Below, piece after piece: positions 59,787 to 64,000 of a stretch of DNA of 64,000 bases (position 1 is the stretch's first letter; every line of letters begins with the position of its first letter). The stretch lies in assembly GCA_012295275.1 (NCBI GenBank), contig CM022679.1, forward strand, positions 11,904,001-11,968,000, written 5' to 3'. Origin of the DNA: Chrysomallon squamiferum (Eukaryota; Animalia; Mollusca). Below the pieces are notes generated by a model. That model searched no databases. It was not told where the DNA came from and saw only the letters and a program-made list of their open reading frames with translations. Both the position numbers and the translations under genes were made by a program.

Positions 59787-62700
59787 TATGCAATTATTAT
59801 GCAAACTGAATAAAAAAGAACTGCTATAAAAGCACTGATAACAATATATATTACGAGAGATATAATGAGTCAGTCTTTTAATTAAAATGTCAGAACATCA
59901 TAATCTGTCGCCATTTTTGTCTTCAGAAGTGTAATCACGACATCTTTCTGTAGACGAAGGACTATCTACTTCAATAATATGTTTCTTGTTTCGTTAACAA
60001 AAGTCTTCTAGTCTGTTGAAATGTGCTACTGAGAGCTTAGAGATCATGTTTTCAAAACAGTATTTCGATCGAATTCAAAAAAAAAAAAAAATAATAATAA
60101 TAATAATAATTAAATTAAAAAAATAATAAAAAGAAACATAGAGAGAGATGAACACACATATACTAACTATATATATCATTTTAAAAAGTGAACGAATATG
60201 GGGTTTTGTAACAGAAAATATAATTATCTATGGATTTTATTTCATGGTGCAAACAAAATTATCATTGTTGATTTTTACTTTAGTTACATTAAGAATATTT
60301 CATCAACTAACGGATTCTAAAGGAGACTAGCTATATACCCCCCAAACATTGTGGTGAAGAAATAGTGACATACGTCGATTTTTTAATTTTCAGTATATCA
60401 TATTTGAAAATATTATGCTTTATTATTATTATTATTATTTTTATATGACTATTGTTTTAATGTCAGTTAAAAGCTTATTACAATACTTTATCTTAACATT
60501 TCATAACTTGAGAATGGTTATTAAATTTTATTATTTAATTTTTTCTCATGGGTTTTTTTATTATTATGTACATAGATAACACACAGAAATTCTGTGTGAA
60601 AACTGCTGTTTTTAAACAGGATAAGAATTATGGATGTTTAATTGGCAAAGAAAAGGTTATTTTCATGATCAAGGTTAAAACGTCAAATCGGTATGATTAT
60701 GATATACATATTAGTATTTGCATATTAAATGATTTAATTATATTTTTAACTATTGGTAACCAAATGCAAATTTGCAGCAGATTTAATTAATTTTCTCACT
60801 TTTTTCTCTTATATATAAACTTTTAGTTATAAACAACTGTACTACCGCGCCATCGCGGCCGATCTTATTATATTAGTCGAAACCTTTAGCAAACAACAGT
60901 GAATTTCGTGAGATAAATAGCCGACTGTGCATTCTGAAGATAAGAAAATGTCTTCATCTTACACTCACTACTTCATTAAAGCCTTTGGGGATCTTCCAAC
61001 ACGATCTTTGGCTCTGAATGTTTAACATAAAGATAGACACGTAGTTGTTTGTCATATGTCTTTATAAAGGGAAGCCTAAGGGACAAAAGGTTCAATATCT
61101 CTCTCGGAAAACGGCTGGCGGTGATGTATACAATTTATTGATAAACTCGGAGTACAAGTAAGTGGTCACTTACCTCTACAATTTTCAGCAAAGTCTACCG
61201 TCATATTCACAGAATCACTGCAAGAAGTAAGGTATTATTCATTCATAGAAATGTATTTATATTTCATTGTTTTAGGAAACATTTTAGACTATAAATCTGA
61301 GTCGAGTAAATTATATTGTATTATATTTATTGGAATTAAATAACATGTTTGCTAGAGAAAATTCAAACTCTACACGTAATTATATATCCTCAGACACATA
61401 CACTGACAAGCAAAAACAAATATATTTATTTATTTTACGGAATTGTGTATGTATGTGACAATACACACGTATGCACACACTTACATATATATACATATAC
61501 ATACCTATAAACATATACATACATATGTATGTATATGTATATATATATATATATTTATATTTGTGTGTGTATGTTATATGGCTAGGATTAATATCACCGG
61601 TTAAACTTAGGTTTTATTTCCAGGGAAGTACATAGCATTTAATAAAACCATTACTGAGCACTCCGACGATAATTGGTAACTGTGTCTAACTTTTGAGATA
61701 TTATCCTTTCGTTGACGATGTTTCTTAAACTAATCCGTTAAATCGCTAGAAATCATTTTTGGTCGTCGCAAATGGATAAAAATGTAGAAAACATTTTATT
61801 TTTTCGTCTAAGTAATAGTCAAGTTTTGAATTTAATGGGTTTTTTTTTTTAATTTTTAATTTTTTTTTCTTTAAATCCATTCAAACACTGTTGTTTTGTG
61901 ACTAAATGTTTTAATAATTTTTGTTATGGATTTCTCTAGAGAGCTTTTTTAGAAACGATTTCCTGATGTGTATCCCAAAATCTATAATTTTTCTAAAACC
62001 CATCAAGTGACTTTTTTCAAAAGGTTTCTGACAAATAAATTTTTTACAAAATCGTAAAATAATATGTGTATGTAAAGGAAGGATGTAAATGTTTATCCAG
62101 AATACAGTACCAGTTTATTTTTCCATGTATTTATTACCAAAATTACTGATTATTTTTAATGGCAGTAAGTGCTGATAATACAAATCACCTTCGGCAATAC
62201 TAGACTCTTATCAAGACGGTTACGACAGTGTTACACGTCCAAAACACCCAGAGCTGTTTTGTTATCTCTGGAAGGTTAATAAACTATCACGTTCGTTAAC
62301 TTACTAATGGGTCGTTTGCTTTATTTCTTAATTTACTACCAAGAATGTTTTTTTTTTCAGTTGTAACAAAGAAAAAAAAAAAAAAAAAAAAAAATGAGTA
62401 AAGTTTATAGTATTCGTCTCTGTTAGATAACTTCCAACGGAGACACAAAATGTCAACAGATTCGTTATAAATATCTGTCTGTCTCTGTGCTTCACTTTAT
62501 CAAAGGCTGCTTTCTTGACTGTTGTCTGCTAGTCTGCCTGTCTGTATGTCTGTTACACAGACCCGTACACATAAAAACGTCAGTAACGTAACAACATTAT
62601 ATAGTTAGTTTTGATATTGTGTTATATACTAGGAAACAACCAAACAAAAACATTCATCTATGTGTTTTGAAAAATGGATATATATTTTGTGAAAATAAAT

Positions 62701-63339
62701 AAACCTGTCAATTTTTTTTTTAAAATAGTCTTTTTAGGTGATATATTTTATATTTATTATTATATACACTATCAAACGGCGAAAGTCTATTCATATCTCC
62801 TCACGACGAAGATTAAACTAAACATGACTACATTAAATATATGATTCAGTGAATCTGAATTTCAAAACATTTTTAAATCCGGTTCTAGCTAATAACACAC
62901 TGAGGCGCTTTGTTAGTTTGTACCATATCAAAACTATTTTCCTTCCTCTTTGTAGAAAATATTTACAAGTGCATATTATTTTAATCTAACTGTACTGTCA
63001 CGATTTGTTCTTGAATGACAGGATGGAATTTTGATTTCAATGAGCAAGGGTATACATTTTGTAAGAAGGTAATTATGGTTGCTAGTATGACGGAAATTGG
63101 ACGTGAATAAAGTAAACTTTGAAATGCTTTTTTTTTTTTTTTTTTTCAAAATGAAAAGTAATAATAATAATATATAAATAAATAAAAAATAAAATAAAAT
63201 AAAAGTAATAAAAAAACAAATAAAATAAAATAAGAATCAACGGATGAACAAATATCAGCATATCTAATACAAATAAAGACACGTAATTAAATTTAAAAAT
63301 GAAACACACACACACATACACAAACACTCACGCACTATT

Positions 63340-63344
<5 letters not shown>

Positions 63345-63379
<35 letters not shown>
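63345..63379 (+). repeat. (GA)n microsatellite
   Basis: Visible directly in the sequence. Confidence 0.95.
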
Positions 63380-63381
<2 letters not shown>

Positions 63382-64000
63382 AACCTAAAACAAAACAAAT
63401 AAGAATGAACGTTCAACCAATGAAAACGGACGCTATTTTATGCAATAATATTAATGCAATTATAACAGCAACAGTAAAATTTAAATAACAGTAATTAAAC
63501 AATAATAACAAAAACAACAAATAATACAATGCATATGACAACCGTGGTATTTGGCTAAAGTTTTAAAATTAAAAAAAGAATTAAAAAACAGCAAAAGATA
63601 ACAAACAAACAAACAAATAAATAAATAAAATAGAATTAAAGAAGTAATAAATAAAATATTTAAAAAACTCTTGTAAGCCTAGGGTTATAAATATAAAAAA
63701 CAAAATTAAAACGACAAAAAACAAACCTCAAGAAATATCTGTTCGTGTGTAAACGCTTAATTTTTTTTTTTTATCATCATAAATGTTTATCAAAATCATA
63801 CCAGTCAAAAAGTTATACAAAAAAAAGTATTTATAATATTCCGGAGCGCCGGGTGGTTAAACGGATGGTTGCGCCGCACCCAGGAAAATTACTCAGATAT
63901 AAGGGAGGAGTATTGATGGGGAGGTTTATTCGCCACAAAATACACCAACCAACCCTGTCTCTGACAGCAACAGGTACGTTCATTCATTTATTACAGACTG

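Larger units (their letters stand above)
56690..59888. mobile_element. Older MITE-like 44-bp inverted-repeat element (arms 56690-56733 and 59845-59888) interrupted by the Academ insertion
   Basis: ATTTTAATTAAAAGACTGAGTCATTATATCTCTCGTAATATATA and its reverse complement (1 mismatch) both lie outside the TAT TSD. Confidence 0.5.

Noticed and set aside
63840-63980. GC/CpG-rich patch with a CAG|GTACGT donor-like site at the window end
   Set aside because: It could be a first exon or a repeat, but it is truncated by the window and nothing else supports it.

Overview
Very AT-rich eukaryotic genomic DNA, not prokaryotic. It is probably from an invertebrate animal; the (AAT)n/(GT)n microsatellites and CpG-depleted gene body suggest a lophotrochozoan such as a mollusc, which is inference. 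About 53 kb (1002-54174, + strand) is one gene that I spliced by hand into 76 exons with consistent phases (12,447 nt, about 4,150 aa; the signal-peptide exon was not found). It encodes a giant single-pass membrane protein of the Uninflatable (uif) type: CTLD-LDLa-3xCUB-CCPs-cbEGF-CCPs-HYR-SEA-like-3x ephrin-receptor-like Cys repeats-EGF array-LamG/pentraxin-HYR-SEA-like-19x Cys repeats-SEA-like (RRRR)-Cys repeat-EGF-TM-tail. Unusual features include a PAN/apple exon nested inside an EGF domain, no discoidin domains, an array of 19 phase 1-1 repeat exons, three GC-AG introns and an intronic copy of an exon start. Downstream is a decayed, 5'-deleted Academ (XPG-nuclease type) DNA transposon at 56740-59786 with a TAT target-site duplication. 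Its long inverted repeats include the end of its own ORF, and it sits inside an older 44-bp inverted-repeat structure. All coordinates were read by eye and no database searches were run.
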